Under the pieces are notes generated by a model that was not told the DNA's origin, did not search any database, and worked only from the letters and a program-made list of their open reading frames with translations. The translations under genes were made by a program, and so were the position numbers. A stretch of DNA of 64,000 nt from Escherichia coli (GTDB lineage Bacteria > Pseudomonadota > Gammaproteobacteria > Enterobacterales > Enterobacteriaceae): NCBI RefSeq assembly GCF_044324785.1, contig NZ_CP172127.1; one strand, 5' to 3'. Below, in pieces: positions 21,026-34,689 of the stretch; positions within the stretch are counted from its first letter, which is position 1; every line of letters begins with the position of its first letter.

Positions 21026-21354
21026 ATCCATCGCTGATGGTGCAGAACTTTAGTACACGATAAAAGCGGCTTCCTGACAGGAGGCCGTTTTGTTTTGTAG
21101 CCCGCCTCAACGCACTTATTTAGTGCATCCATCTGCTATCCCCAGCTGGTTAAGTAAATTTTTTGTATCCACATCATCACACAATCGTTACATAACGATT
21201 GTTTTTTCATCAGGTTTTACGCTAAATAATCACTGTGTTGAGTGCACAATTTTAGCGCACCAGTTTGGTGCCCCAGAATGGTGCATCTTCAGGGTATTGC
21301 CCTATAAATCGTGCATCACGTTTTTACCGCATCTCGATAAATCAATGAGTTGCA

Positions 21355-21376
21355 AAACTGGCACGATTTTTTCATA
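21355..21376 (+). promoter_or_regulatory. sigma-54-type promoter (glnHp2-like)
   Basis: TGGCAC at 21359-21364 followed by a -12-like element about 50 bp upstream of glnH. Confidence 0.5.
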
Positions 21377-21413
21377 TATGTGAATGTCACGCAGGGGATC
21401 GTCCCGTGGATAG

Positions 21414-22175
<762 letters not shown>

Positions 22176-22195
22176 TAACGCTACGCCTGTAAAGC

Positions 22196-22258
22196 GCACT
22201 GGCAGTTCCCTCTCCCCTCTGGGGAGAGGATTAGGGTGAGGGGCGCAAACCCGCTCCG
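22196..22258 (+). repeat. GC-rich intercistronic stem-loop / repeat-like element between glnH and glnP
   Basis: cctctcccctctggggagagg forms a 9-bp stem with 3-nt loop, followed by gggtgaggggcgc. Confidence 0.5.
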
Positions 22259-22313
22259 GGGCCATTAATTACCCTGAATTTGATTATTTACACCACGGTA
22301 ACAGGAACAACAT

Positions 22314-22973
22314 ATGCAGTTTGACTGGAGTGCCATCTGGCCTGCCATTCCGCTTCTGATTGAAGGTGCCAAAATGACCCTGTGGATTTCGGTCCTCGGT
22401 CTGGCTGGCGGCCTGGTGATCGGATTGCTGGCAGGTTTTGCACGCACCTTCGGTGGTTGGATAGCCAACCACGTCGCGCTGGTCTTTATTGAAGTGATCC
22501 GCGGCACACCTATCGTCGTCCAGGTGATGTTTATCTACTTTGCCCTGCCGATGGCGTTTAACGACTTACGCATCGACCCGTTTACTGCGGCGGTGGTCAC
22601 CATCATGATCAACTCCGGCGCGTACATTGCAGAAATCACGCGTGGTGCGGTGCTGTCTATTCACAAAGGTTTTCGTGAAGCAGGACTGGCGCTCGGTCTT
22701 TCACGTTGGGAAACCATTCGCTACGTCATTTTACCGCTGGCATTGCGTCGTATGCTGCCGCCGCTGGGTAACCAGTGGATCATCAGCATTAAAGACACCT
22801 CGCTGTTTATTGTTATCGGCGTGGCGGAACTGACCCGTCAGGGGCAAGAAATTATTGCCGGTAACTTCCGCGCCCTTGAGATCTGGAGCGCCGTGGCGGT
22901 GTTCTATCTGATTATTACCCTGGTGCTGAGCTTTATTCTGCGTCGTCTGGAAAGAAGGATGAAAATCCTGTGA
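22314..22973 (+). CDS. glnP: glutamine ABC transporter permease
   Basis: 219 aa polar amino acid ABC permease. Confidence 0.9.
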
Positions 22974-23692
22974 TTGAATTTAAAAACGTCTCCAAGCATT
23001 TTGGTCCAACCCAGGTGCTGCACAATATCGATTTGAACATTGCTCAGGGCGAAGTCGTGGTGATTATCGGGCCGTCCGGTTCCGGTAAATCGACCCTGCT
23101 GCGCTGCATCAACAAACTGGAAGAAATCACCTCCGGCGATCTGATTGTCGATGGCCTGAAGGTTAACGATCCGAAAGTTGACGAGCGCCTGATTCGCCAG
23201 GAAGCAGGTATGGTGTTCCAGCAGTTTTACCTCTTCCCGCATCTGACGGCGCTGGAAAACGTCATGTTTGGTCCGCTACGCGTGCGTGGCGCGAACAAAG
23301 AAGAGGCGGAAAAACTGGCGCGTGAGCTGCTGGCGAAAGTCGGCCTGGCAGAACGCGCTCACCACTACCCTTCCGAGCTTTCTGGTGGTCAACAGCAGCG
23401 TGTGGCGATCGCACGCGCGCTGGCGGTGAAGCCGAAAATGATGCTGTTTGATGAACCGACTTCCGCTCTTGACCCGGAACTGCGCCATGAAGTGCTGAAG
23501 GTTATGCAGGATCTGGCTGAAGAAGGGATGACGATGGTGATCGTGACACACGAAATCGGTTTTGCCGAGAAAGTAGCTTCGCGCCTGATCTTTATCGACA
23601 AAGGCCGGATTGCGGAAGATGGCGATCCGCAGGTGTTGATCAAGAACCCACCGAGCCAGCGCTTGCAGGAATTTTTGCAGCACGTCTCTTAA
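22970..23692 (+). CDS. glnQ: glutamine ABC transporter ATP-binding protein
   Basis: 240 aa; Walker [10 protein letters not shown]; signature LSGGQQQR; 4-bp overlap with glnP. Confidence 0.9.
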
Positions 23693-23700
23693 CTTCTCAG

Positions 23701-23724
23701 CCTCCCTTTCCCCCGAAAGGGAGG
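23701..23724 (+). terminator. stem-loop after glnQ
   Basis: cctcccttt...aaagggagg hairpin; weak U-tract. Confidence 0.45.
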
Positions 23725-23808
23725 CACACCAGATTCCTCTCATTTAAAATCGCCCCTCCCCCAGCATCTATACTTATCTTTTTGCTCTGTTTTCTCACTG
23801 GAGGAGTC

Positions 23809-26034
23809 ATGCGGTGGATCCTGTTCATCCTCTTCTGCCTGCTGGGCGCACCTGCCCACGCGGTATCCATACCCGGCGTTACAACCACAACGACAACGGA
23901 CTCAACGACTGAACCGGCCCCGGAACCGGATATCGAACAAAAAAAAGCGGCCTATGGCGCACTGGCGGATGTGCTGGATAATGACACCTCGCGTAAAGAG
24001 TTGATCGACCAGTTGCGCACCGTCGCCGCGACGCCCCCTGCGGAACCCGTACCGAAGATCGTGCCGCCGACGCTGGTTGAAGAGCAAACCGTGCTGCAAA
24101 AAGTCACCGAAGTCAGCCGCCATTATGGTGAAGCCCTTTCCGCCCGCTTCGGACAACTTTATCGCAATATCACCGGCTCCCCGCATAAGCCGTTTAATCC
24201 ACAAACCTTCAGCAATGCGTTGACCCATTTTTCAATGTTAGCGGTATTAGTGTTTGGTTTTTACTGGCTGATTCGCCTGTGCGCACTTCCGCTGTATCGC
24301 AAAATGGGTCAGTGGGCGCGGCAAAAAAATCGTGAGCGCAGTAACTGGTTGCAGCTTCCGGCGATGATTATCGGGGCGTTTATTATCGACCTGCTGTTAC
24401 TGGCGCTGACATTGTTTGTCGGCCAGGTATTAAGCGACAACCTGAATGCGGGCAGTCGCACCATCGCTTTCCAACAAAGTTTGTTTCTCAACGCCTTTGC
24501 CCTGATTGAATTTTTCAAAGCTGTACTACGCCTGATTTTTTGCCCAAATGTGGCGGAGCTGCGCCCGTTCACGATTCAGGACGAGAGCGCCCGTTACTGG
24601 AGTCGTCGCCTGAGCTGGTTAAGCAGCCTGATTGGCTATGGCCTGATTGTGGCCGTGCCGATTATCTCTAATCAGGTGAATGTACAGATAGGTGCGCTGG
24701 CGAACGTCATCATTATGCTGTGCATGACGGTCTGGGCGTTGTACCTGATCTTTCGTAATAAAAAAGAGATTACCCAGCATTTGCTCAACTTCGCGGAGCA
24801 TTCGCTGGCCTTTTTCAGCCTGTTTATCCGCGCCTTTGCGCTGGTGTGGCACTGGCTGGCAAGCGCCTATTTTATCGTGCTGTTTTTCTTTTCGTTGTTC
24901 GATCCGGGCAACAGCCTGAAATTTATGATGGGTGCAACGGTGCGCAGCCTGGCGATTATTGGTATCGCAGCGTTTGTTTCCGGTATGTTTTCCCGCTGGC
25001 TGGCGAAAACCATCACCCTCTCGCCACATACTCAGCGTAACTATCCAGAGCTGCAAAAACGGCTGAATGGCTGGCTTTCGGCGGCGCTGAAAACAGCGCG
25101 TATTCTGACAGTCTGCGTGGCGGTAATGCTGCTGTTGAGCGCATGGGGATTGTTCGATTTCTGGAACTGGCTGCAAAACGGTGCGGGGCAGAAAACCGTA
25201 GATATCCTGATCCGTATCGCACTCATTCTTTTCTTCTCGGCGGTTGGCTGGACGGTGCTCGCCAGTTTGATCGAAAACCGGCTGGCTTCGGATATTCATG
25301 GCCGCCCGCTACCCAGCGCCCGCACGCGTACCCTGCTGACGCTGTTTCGTAACGCGCTGGCGGTGATTATCAGTACCATCACCATCATGATTGTGTTGTC
25401 GGAAATCGGCGTCAATATCGCGCCATTGCTGGCAGGTGCCGGGGCATTAGGTCTGGCTATCTCGTTTGGTTCGCAAACGCTGGTGAAAGATATTATCACC
25501 GGGGTATTTATTCAGTTTGAAAACGGCATGAACACTGGAGATTTGGTTACTATCGGGCCGTTGACCGGTACTGTGGAACGGATGTCGATTCGCTCCGTGG
25601 GCGTGCGTCAGGATACCGGGGCGTATCACATCATTCCGTGGTCTTCGATAACCACCTTTGCTAACTTCGTCCGCGGCATTGGTTCGGTGGTGGCAAATTA
25701 CGATGTTGATCGCCATGAAGATGCTGATAAAGCCAATCAGGCACTGAAAGATGCGGTAGCTGAATTGATGGAAAACGAAGAAATTCGCGGGTTGATTATC
25801 GGTGAACCGAACTTTGCCGGGATTGTCGGCTTAAGCAATACCGCGTTTACACTGCGTGTTTCGTTCACCACGCTGCCACTCAAACAGTGGACGGTCCGCT
25901 TTGCCCTCGACAGCCAGGTGAAAAAACATTTCGACCTGGCGGGTGTTCGCGCGCCGGTACAGACTTATCAGGTGCTGCCTGCTCCGGGCGCGGCCCCGGC
26001 TGAACCGTTGCCGCCGGGGGAACCAACGCTTTAA
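23809..26034 (+). CDS. ybiO: mechanosensitive channel, MscS/MscK-like (YbiO)
   Basis: ORF 23782..26034; start [12 protein letters not shown] at 23809; signal peptide, multiple TM segments, MscS-like C-terminal domain. Confidence 0.85.
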   Translation: MRWILFILFCLLGAPAHAVSIPGVTTTTTTDSTTEPAPEPDIEQKKAAYGALADVLDNDTSRKELIDQLRTVAATPPAEPVPKIVPPTLVEEQTVLQKVTEVSRHYGEALSARFGQLYRNITGSPHKPFNPQTFSNALTHFSMLAVLVFGFYWLIRLCALPLYRKMGQWARQKNRERSNWLQLPAMIIGAFIIDLLLLALTLFVGQVLSDNLNAGSRTIAFQQSLFLNAFALIEFFKAVLRLIFCPNVAELRPFTIQDESARYWSRRLSWLSSLIGYGLIVAVPIISNQVNVQIGALANVIIMLCMTVWALYLIFRNKKEITQHLLNFAEHSLAFFSLFIRAFALVWHWLASAYFIVLFFFSLFDPGNSLKFMMGATVRSLAIIGIAAFVSGMFSRWLAKTITLSPHTQRNYPELQKRLNGWLSAALKTARILTVCVAVMLLLSAWGLFDFWNWLQNGAGQKTVDILIRIALILFFSAVGWTVLASLIENRLASDIHGRPLPSARTRTLLTLFRNALAVIISTITIMIVLSEIGVNIAPLLAGAGALGLAISFGSQTLVKDIITGVFIQFENGMNTGDLVTIGPLTGTVERMSIRSVGVRQDTGAYHIIPWSSITTFANFVRGIGSVVANYDVDRHEDADKANQALKDAVAELMENEEIRGLIIGEPNFAGIVGLSNTAFTLRVSFTTLPLKQWTVRFALDSQVKKHFDLAGVRAPVQTYQVLPAPGAAPAEPLPPGEPTL

Positions 26035-26957
26035 CGCTGGCGATTGACAAAACGGCGGCGCTGCTCGTCGTTCATAAAGGTCCAGGCAATAAAGCGACTC
26101 TGCTTTTGCCCCTGGGCCATCTCTTTTTTAACCACCTTCACCGCGCCCACGTCCGTCAGGGCACGATACAACGGCGGTAAGTTTTCACCACGAGATACCA
26201 GTGAGGTAAACCACATCACCTGCTTCGCGAAGCCTTTGCTCTCTTCAATCATCTTTTTGATAAAGGTGACTTCACCGCCTTCACACCACAACTCCTGTTG
26301 CTGGCCGCCAAAGTTCAGTGCATCGTCTTTGTTTAGCCCCAGGTTACGGCGTTTACGTTCACTACCTGCCCGTGCCGCAGCGGCGGAATCGTGGAATGGC
26401 GGGTTACACAAGGTCGCGTCGTATTGCTCGTTTTTATGGATGATGCCGTTAAAAATCGCCCCACTCTCTTTTTGCCGACGCAGACGAATGGCGCGGTTAA
26501 GCCCCGGATTAGCACTGATGATCGCCTGCGCACTGCTTAACGCCTGGCTGCTGGTTTCACTACCAGTAAAACGCCAGCCATATTCATGTACGCCAATCAG
26601 CGGGTAAATACAGTTCGCACCAACGCCGATATCCAGAATGCTGGCATTAGCTGGAATTGTTCCGCTTGCTTCTGCCAGTAAATCGGCAAGGTGATGAATA
26701 TAATCCGCCCGGCCCGGTACTGGTGGGCAGAGAAAACCGTCGGGGATATCCCAGTTCGCTACGGCGTAAAAATGGGCCAGCAACGCCTTATTGAGCGCCT
26801 TCACCGCCAGCGGATTGGCAAAGTCTACGCTTTGCTCCCCGGCGGGTGTAAGCGTGAGGAATTGCCTGAGTTCAGGATTGACCTGACAAAGCGTGGCGAG
26901 ATCGTAGCGGCTGTGATGACGGTTGCGCGGATGCAACCCCGGTTTCTGGGCGGACAT
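26031..26957 (-). CDS. rlmF: 23S rRNA m6A1618 methyltransferase RlmF
   Basis: ORF 26031..27038 (-); start [12 protein letters not shown] at 26957 (308 aa); SAM-dependent MTase motifs. Confidence 0.85.
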   Translation of the reverse strand: MSAQKPGLHPRNRHHSRYDLATLCQVNPELRQFLTLTPAGEQSVDFANPLAVKALNKALLAHFYAVANWDIPDGFLCPPVPGRADYIHHLADLLAEASGTIPANASILDIGVGANCIYPLIGVHEYGWRFTGSETSSQALSSAQAIISANPGLNRAIRLRRQKESGAIFNGIIHKNEQYDATLCNPPFHDSAAAARAGSERKRRNLGLNKDDALNFGGQQQELWCEGGEVTFIKKMIEESKGFAKQVMWFTSLVSRGENLPPLYRALTDVGAVKVVKKEMAQGQKQSRFIAWTFMNDEQRRRFVNRQR

Positions 26958-27232
26958 AGCATTCTCCTTTAAGCAGCGGCGTAAGATACCCGCATAACGC
27001 GACAGGGTAAATATCTGGCTGCGTTTATCATTCCCCAAAACCTTAACATGGCTATGGTTTATGGCAATTCATCATAAAAATCAGCATCATGCATTTCATT
27101 GATTTGTCTTATTTTGTAAAAATATATCGTTCAAAAAATAAGCACATCTCTGTCAATTTTTTGCGTCATTTTCATCGCCCAGGCGACCTACACTTATCAG
27201 GCACTACCCGTTGTATTTATGAGGATGTCATT

Positions 27233-27493
27233 ATGAAAAAGTGCCTCACACTACTGATTGCCACCGTCCTGAGCGGAATCTCTCTCACGGCTTATGCCGC
27301 GCAACCGATGAGTAACCTGGACAGCGGTCAGCTACGGCCCGCCGGTACCGTTTCGGCAACTGGCGCATCAAACCTAAGCGATCTGGAGGATAAACTGGCA
27401 GAAAAAGCGCGCGAGCAAGGCGCGAAAGGTTATGTCATTAATTCCGCAGGCGGAAATGACCAGATGTTCGGTACTGCAACCATCTACAAATAA
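27233..27493 (+). CDS. mcbA: DUF1471 (YdgH/BhsA/McbA-like) periplasmic protein
   Basis: Internal ATG at 27233 of ORF 27089..27493; 86 aa with signal peptide; symbol assigned from K-12 gene order and could be swapped with ybiJ. Confidence 0.7.
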   Translation: MKKCLTLLIATVLSGISLTAYAAQPMSNLDSGQLRPAGTVSATGASNLSDLEDKLAEKAREQGAKGYVINSAGGNDQMFGTATIYK

Positions 27494-27627
27494 CCCCACC
27501 AACGTAACTGCATTCGCCTCTGGATGCAGTTTTCGCCTGTTTTGTAATCAAAAAACATCAAATATGAACGCAATGTAAATAAATGTATTTCTTTTTCGCG
27601 CAATGGGTGATAGAAAATCGCGCCAAG

Positions 27628-27655
27628 TGATAATGCTTATCAAAATTATTATCAC
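27628..27655 (+). promoter_or_regulatory. Fur box upstream of fiu
   Basis: tgataatgcttatcaaaattattatcac matches GATAATGATAATCATTATC-type Fur operator. Confidence 0.75.
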
Positions 27656-27757
27656 TTGCACGAACACTATCACGAGATTAACAGTGGCATCGCATCCGCA
27701 GAGAGGCTTTCTCGTGGCAGTGAAAATTTCAACATATAAGAAAAAGTCACCTGCAAA

Positions 27758-30040
27758 ATGGAAAACAATCGCAATTTCCCTGCCAGACAATTTCATTCGC
27801 TCACGTTCTTTGCCGGTCTTTGTATTGGCATCACGCCTGTGGCTCAGGCACTCGCCGCCGAAGGGCAAGCAAACGCGGATGACACGCTGGTTGTCGAAGC
27901 ATCAACGCCTTCGCTTTATGCGCCACAACAATCTGCTGATCCGAAATTCTCGCGTCCGGTAGCGGATACTACCCGCACGATGACGGTGATTTCTGAACAA
28001 GTGATTAAAGATCAGGGCGCAACCAACCTTACCGACGCGCTCAAAAACGTCCCCGGCGTGGGTGCGTTTTTTGCGGGTGAGAACGGTAACTCCACCACTG
28101 GCGACGCCATTTATATGCGTGGTGCCGATACCTCTAACAGTATTTATATTGATGGCATTCGCGATATCGGCAGCGTCTCGCGCGACACCTTCAATACCGA
28201 GCAGGTCGAAGTGATTAAAGGGCCGTCCGGCACCGACTACGGGCGCAGCGCACCGACGGGCTCGATCAATATGATCAGCAAGCAGCCGCGCAATGACTCA
28301 GGCATTGACGCCTCCGCGAGTATTGGCAGCGCCTGGTTCCGCCGCGGCACGCTGGACGTCAATCAGGTCATTGGTGATACCACTGCGGTGCGCCTGAATG
28401 TGATGGGTGAAAAAACGCACGATGCCGGACGCGACAAAGTCAAAAATGAGCGTTACGGCGTCGCCCCTTCTGTCGCTTTTGGCCTTGGCACAGCGAATCG
28501 TTTGTATCTTAATTATCTACATGTCACCCAGCACAACACGCCAGACGGCGGCATTCCGACCATCGGTTTGCCGGGCTATTCTGCCCCATCTGCGGGAGCG
28601 GCGGCCCTGAATCATTCCGGAAAAGTAGATACGCATAACTTTTATGGCACGGATTCCGATTACGACGATTCGACCACCGATACCGCTACCATGCGTTTTG
28701 AGCACGATATCAACGATAACACCACCATTCGCAATACTACCCGTTGGTCGCGCGTGAAGCAGGATTACCTGATGACGGCGATTATGGGCGGGGCGTCGAA
28801 TATTACCCAGCCCACCAGCGATGTGAATAGCTGGACCTGGTCACGCACGGCGAATACTAAAGATGTGAGTAATAAAATTCTCACCAACCAGACCAACCTG
28901 ACCTCGACGTTCTATACCGGTTCTATCGGTCATGATGTCAGTACCGGCGTGGAATTTACCCGTGAAACGCAGACTAACTACGGCGTTAATCCGGTGACGT
29001 TACCTGCGGTAAATATTTATCATCCTGACAGCAGCATTCATCCCGGCGGCCTGACGCGCAACGGCGCAAACGCCAATGGTCAGACGGATACCTTCGCAAT
29101 TTACGCTTTCGATACGCTGCAAATCACCCGTGATTTTGAGCTGAACGGCGGGATCCGTCTGGATAATTATCATACTGAATATGACAGTGCCACCGCCTGC
29201 GGCGGCAGCGGACGCGGTGCCATCACCTGCCCTGCTGGCGTGGCAAAAGGTTCTCCGGTCACCACCGTCGATACCGCCAAGTCGGGCAATCTGGTGAACT
29301 GGAAAGCCGGGGCGCTGTATCACCTGACGGAAAACGGCAATGTCTATATTAACTATGCTGTTTCCCAGCAGCCTCCGGGCGGCAACAACTTCGCCCTTGC
29401 GCAGTCTGGCAGCGGTAACAGTGCCAACCGCACCGATTTTAAACCGCAAAAAGCCAACACCAGCGAGATTGGCACCAAATGGCAGGTTCTGGATAAACGC
29501 CTGTTGCTCACCGCCGCGCTGTTCCGTACTGATATCGAAAATGAAGTTGAGCAAAATGATGACGGAACTTACTCGCAATACGGTAAGAAACGCGTCGAAG
29601 GCTATGAGATATCCGTGGCCGGGAATATCACTCCCGCGTGGCAGGTGATTGGCGGCTATACCCAGCAAAAAGCAACCATCAAAAACGGCAAAGATGTTGC
29701 CCAGGATGGTTCCTCATCGCTGCCGTATACCCCGGAGCACGCCTTTACCTTATGGAGCCAGTATCAGGCAACCGATGATATTTCCGTTGGTGCGGGCGCA
29801 CGCTATATCGGCAGTATGCATAAAGGTTCTGACGGCGCGGTGGGAACGCCAGCGTTTACCGAAGGTTATTGGGTCGCCGACGCTAAACTGGGGTATCGGG
29901 TTAATCGCAATCTCGACTTCCAGCTAAACGTCTACAACCTGTTTGATACCGATTACGTCGCCTCAATCAACAAGAGCGGCTACCGTTATCACCCGGGCGA
30001 GCCAAGAACCTTCCTGCTCACGGCCAATATGCATTTCTGA
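27758..30040 (+). CDS. fiu: TonB-dependent catecholate siderophore receptor Fiu
   Basis: 760 aa; signal peptide; TonB box region; C-terminal aromatic residue. Confidence 0.9.
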   Translation: MENNRNFPARQFHSLTFFAGLCIGITPVAQALAAEGQANADDTLVVEASTPSLYAPQQSADPKFSRPVADTTRTMTVISEQVIKDQGATNLTDALKNVPGVGAFFAGENGNSTTGDAIYMRGADTSNSIYIDGIRDIGSVSRDTFNTEQVEVIKGPSGTDYGRSAPTGSINMISKQPRNDSGIDASASIGSAWFRRGTLDVNQVIGDTTAVRLNVMGEKTHDAGRDKVKNERYGVAPSVAFGLGTANRLYLNYLHVTQHNTPDGGIPTIGLPGYSAPSAGAAALNHSGKVDTHNFYGTDSDYDDSTTDTATMRFEHDINDNTTIRNTTRWSRVKQDYLMTAIMGGASNITQPTSDVNSWTWSRTANTKDVSNKILTNQTNLTSTFYTGSIGHDVSTGVEFTRETQTNYGVNPVTLPAVNIYHPDSSIHPGGLTRNGANANGQTDTFAIYAFDTLQITRDFELNGGIRLDNYHTEYDSATACGGSGRGAITCPAGVAKGSPVTTVDTAKSGNLVNWKAGALYHLTENGNVYINYAVSQQPPGGNNFALAQSGSGNSANRTDFKPQKANTSEIGTKWQVLDKRLLLTAALFRTDIENEVEQNDDGTYSQYGKKRVEGYEISVAGNITPAWQVIGGYTQQKATIKNGKDVAQDGSSSLPYTPEHAFTLWSQYQATDDISVGAGARYIGSMHKGSDGAVGTPAFTEGYWVADAKLGYRVNRNLDFQLNVYNLFDTDYVASINKSGYRYHPGEPRTFLLTANMHF

Positions 30041-30081
30041 TTCAGATGTGGGGCGCAGGCCCCACTTTTTGGAGAACTTGT

Positions 30082-30759
30082 ATGATGTACCACATTCCCG
30101 GCGTGCTATCGCCAAAGGACGTCGCCCGTTTTCGCGAACAACTGGAACAAGCCGAATGGGTGGATGGACGCGTCACCACTGGCGCACAAGGTGCGCAAGT
30201 TAAGAACAATCAACAGGTAGACACCCGCAGCACGTTATACGCCGCCCTGCAAAATGAGGTGCTGAACGCGGTTAACCAACATGCTTTGTTCTTTGCCGCG
30301 GCCTTACCGCGTACCCTTTCCACGCCGCTGTTTAATCGCTATCAGAACAATGAAACCTATGGTTTTCATGTGGATGGCGCAGTACGCAGTCACCCACAAA
30401 ACGGCTGGATGCGCACTGACCTTTCTGCCACACTGTTTTTAAGCGATCCACAAAGCTACGACGGCGGCGAACTGGTCGTTAATGACACCTTCGGACAACA
30501 TCGGGTAAAACTCCCGGCAGGCGATCTGGTGTTGTATCCCTCCAGCAGCTTGCATTGCGTGACACCCGTAACCCGCGGCGTACGAGTGGCATCATTTATG
30601 TGGATCCAGTCGATGATCCGTGATGATAAAAAGCGCGCCATGCTGTTTGAACTGGACAACAATATTCAGTCGCTGAAAAGCCGCTACGGCGAAAGTGAAG
30701 AGATCCTGTCGCTGCTCAATCTTTATCATAATCTGCTGCGGGAATGGTCGGAGATCTGA
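30082..30759 (+). CDS. ybiX: Fe(II)/2-oxoglutarate-dependent oxygenase YbiX (PKHD-type hydroxylase)
   Basis: ORF 30046..30759; ATG at 30082 has GGAG upstream; 225 aa. Confidence 0.85.
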   Translation: MMYHIPGVLSPKDVARFREQLEQAEWVDGRVTTGAQGAQVKNNQQVDTRSTLYAALQNEVLNAVNQHALFFAAALPRTLSTPLFNRYQNNETYGFHVDGAVRSHPQNGWMRTDLSATLFLSDPQSYDGGELVVNDTFGQHRVKLPAGDLVLYPSSSLHCVTPVTRGVRVASFMWIQSMIRDDKKRAMLFELDNNIQSLKSRYGESEEILSLLNLYHNLLREWSEI

Positions 30760-30832
30760 CGCTTGAACTGCCCGAGTTCGTCCCTATATTAGCTACACTT
30801 AACTGTACAAGTATTGATATGGGGAGGACGAT

Positions 30833-31099
30833 ATGGCATCCGGTTGGGCTAACGATGACGCCGTCAACGAACAGATCAACAGTACAATTGAAGATGCGAT
30901 TGCCCGCGCTCGGGGTGAAATTCCGCGTGGTGAAAGCCTGTATGAATGTGAAGAGTGCGGCGCACCTATCCCACAGGCCCGTCGGGAAGCCATTCCTGGC
31001 GTGCGCTTATGCATTCATTGTCAGCAGGAGAAAGATTTACAAAAACCAGCTTATACAGGATATAATCGCAGAGGTTCGAAAGACAGCCAGTTACGTTAA
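30833..31099 (+). CDS. ybiI: DksA/TraR-family C4-type zinc finger protein YbiI
   Basis: 88 aa with CxxC...CxxC (CEECG...CIHC). Confidence 0.85.
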   Translation: MASGWANDDAVNEQINSTIEDAIARARGEIPRGESLYECEECGAPIPQARREAIPGVRLCIHCQQEKDLQKPAYTGYNRRGSKDSQLR

Positions 31100-31363
31100 C
31101 TACAACTGGCGGGATGTATAGCGAGTATAATTTGTATTTTGCGTGGCATTCCGTGCCTTTAACGCTGTCGTGACTGCCACGCTGCATAAAACAAGTCCAT
31201 AAGTTCAACAAATAAATGGATTATCAGTATGTTAGATATCAATCAATTTATTTGAACAAGGCGGTCAATTCTCTTCGATTTTATCTCTCGAAAAAAAACG
31301 TGATACTCATCACATCGACGAAACAACGTCACTTATACAAAAATCACCTGCGAGAGATTAATT

Positions 31364-31624
31364 ATGAAAACTATCAATACTGTTGTTGCTGCTATGGCTC
31401 TTTCAACTCTGTCATTTGGCGTGTTTGCCGCGGAACCGGTAACGGCATCCCAGGCACAGAACATGAATAAAATCGGCGTGGTTTCTGCCGATGGCGCATC
31501 CACCCTCGATGCCCTGGAAGCGAAACTGGCTGAGAAAGCTGCGGCAGCTGGGGCGAGTGGATACAGCATCACTTCTGCCACCAACAACAATAAATTAAGC
31601 GGTACTGCGGTAATTTATAAGTAA
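31364..31624 (+). CDS. ybiJ: DUF1471 periplasmic protein (paralogue of the gene at 27233)
   Basis: 86 aa with signal peptide; symbol by gene order. Confidence 0.7.
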   Translation: MKTINTVVAAMALSTLSFGVFAAEPVTASQAQNMNKIGVVSADGASTLDALEAKLAEKAAAAGASGYSITSATNNNKLSGTAVIYK

Positions 31625-31735
31625 TTCGTAAGCCGGATCAGTCGTTTACGCTACGTCCAGCACAAGTATTTCCCTGTCTGTTTGCCGACAGACGCATATG
31701 CTCTAACCCTCATTGATCCTATATTACCCTTGTTT

Positions 31736-31764
31736 GCCCGTCCGTTACTGGACGGGCTTTTTTG
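31736..31764 (+). terminator. rho-independent terminator downstream of ybiJ
   Basis: gcccgtccgttactggacgggc followed by ttttttg. Confidence 0.7.
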
Positions 31765-32473
31765 TGCACAGAAAACCCCCAGCTAGGCTGGGGGTTCCGG
31801 AAAGCTTTCAGCTTTGAGCCAGTTATTAAAACCCCTTTTGATTTGTTAAAACACCTTGCGGTCTGGCAACTGCAAGTGTCAAACAAGAAATCAAAAGGGG
31901 GTCCCAATGGGGGACGAAAAGAGCTTAGCGCACACCCGCTGGAACTGTAAATATCACATAGTTTTTGCGCCGAAATACCGAAGACTGGCGTTTTACGGAG
32001 AGAAGCGTAGGGCGATAGGCAGTATTTTGAGAAAGCTGTGTGAGTGGAAAAGCGTACGGATTCTGGAAGCAGAGTGCTGCGCAGATCATATCCATATGCT
32101 TGTGGAAATCCCACCCAAAATGAGCGTATCCGGCTTTATGGGATATCTGAAAGGGAAAAGCAGTCTGATGCTTTACGAGCAGTTTGGGGATTTGAAATTC
32201 AAATACAGAAACAGGGAGTTCTGGTGCCGAGGGTACTATGTCGATACGGTGGGTAAGAACACGGCGAAGATACAGGACTACATAAAGCACCAGCTTGAAG
32301 AGGATAAAATGGGGGAGCAGTTATCGATTCCATATCCGGGCAGCCCGTTTACGGGCCGTAAGTAACGAAGTTGAATGCAAATGTCAGATCGTATGCGCCT
32401 GTTAGGGCGCGGCTGGTAACAGAGCCTTACAGGCGCATTTGAAAAACCTCCGGCTATGCCGGAGGATATTTAT
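31758..32473 (+). mobile_element. IS200 insertion sequence (ends approximate)
   Basis: Y1 transposase gene flanked by similar subterminal hairpins (cccccagc-tag-gctggggg at 31776-31794 and cctccggc-tat-gccggagg at 32447-32465); RBS-sequestering stem-loop at 31829-31904; about 0.7 kb. Confidence 0.75.
31907..32365 (+). CDS. tnpA: IS200 transposase TnpA (Y1/HUH)
   Basis: ORF 31856..32365; start MGDEKSLAHTRWNC at 31907 (152 aa); HUH motif HIHMLVEI and catalytic Tyr region. Confidence 0.9.
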   Translation: MGDEKSLAHTRWNCKYHIVFAPKYRRLAFYGEKRRAIGSILRKLCEWKSVRILEAECCADHIHMLVEIPPKMSVSGFMGYLKGKSSLMLYEQFGDLKFKYRNREFWCRGYYVDTVGKNTAKIQDYIKHQLEEDKMGEQLSIPYPGSPFTGRK

Positions 32474-33694
<1,221 letters not shown>

Positions 33695-33699
33695 GAAAA

Positions 33700-34662
<963 letters not shown>

Positions 34663-34689
34663 TTACGACTCCTTACCTGACTCACATCA

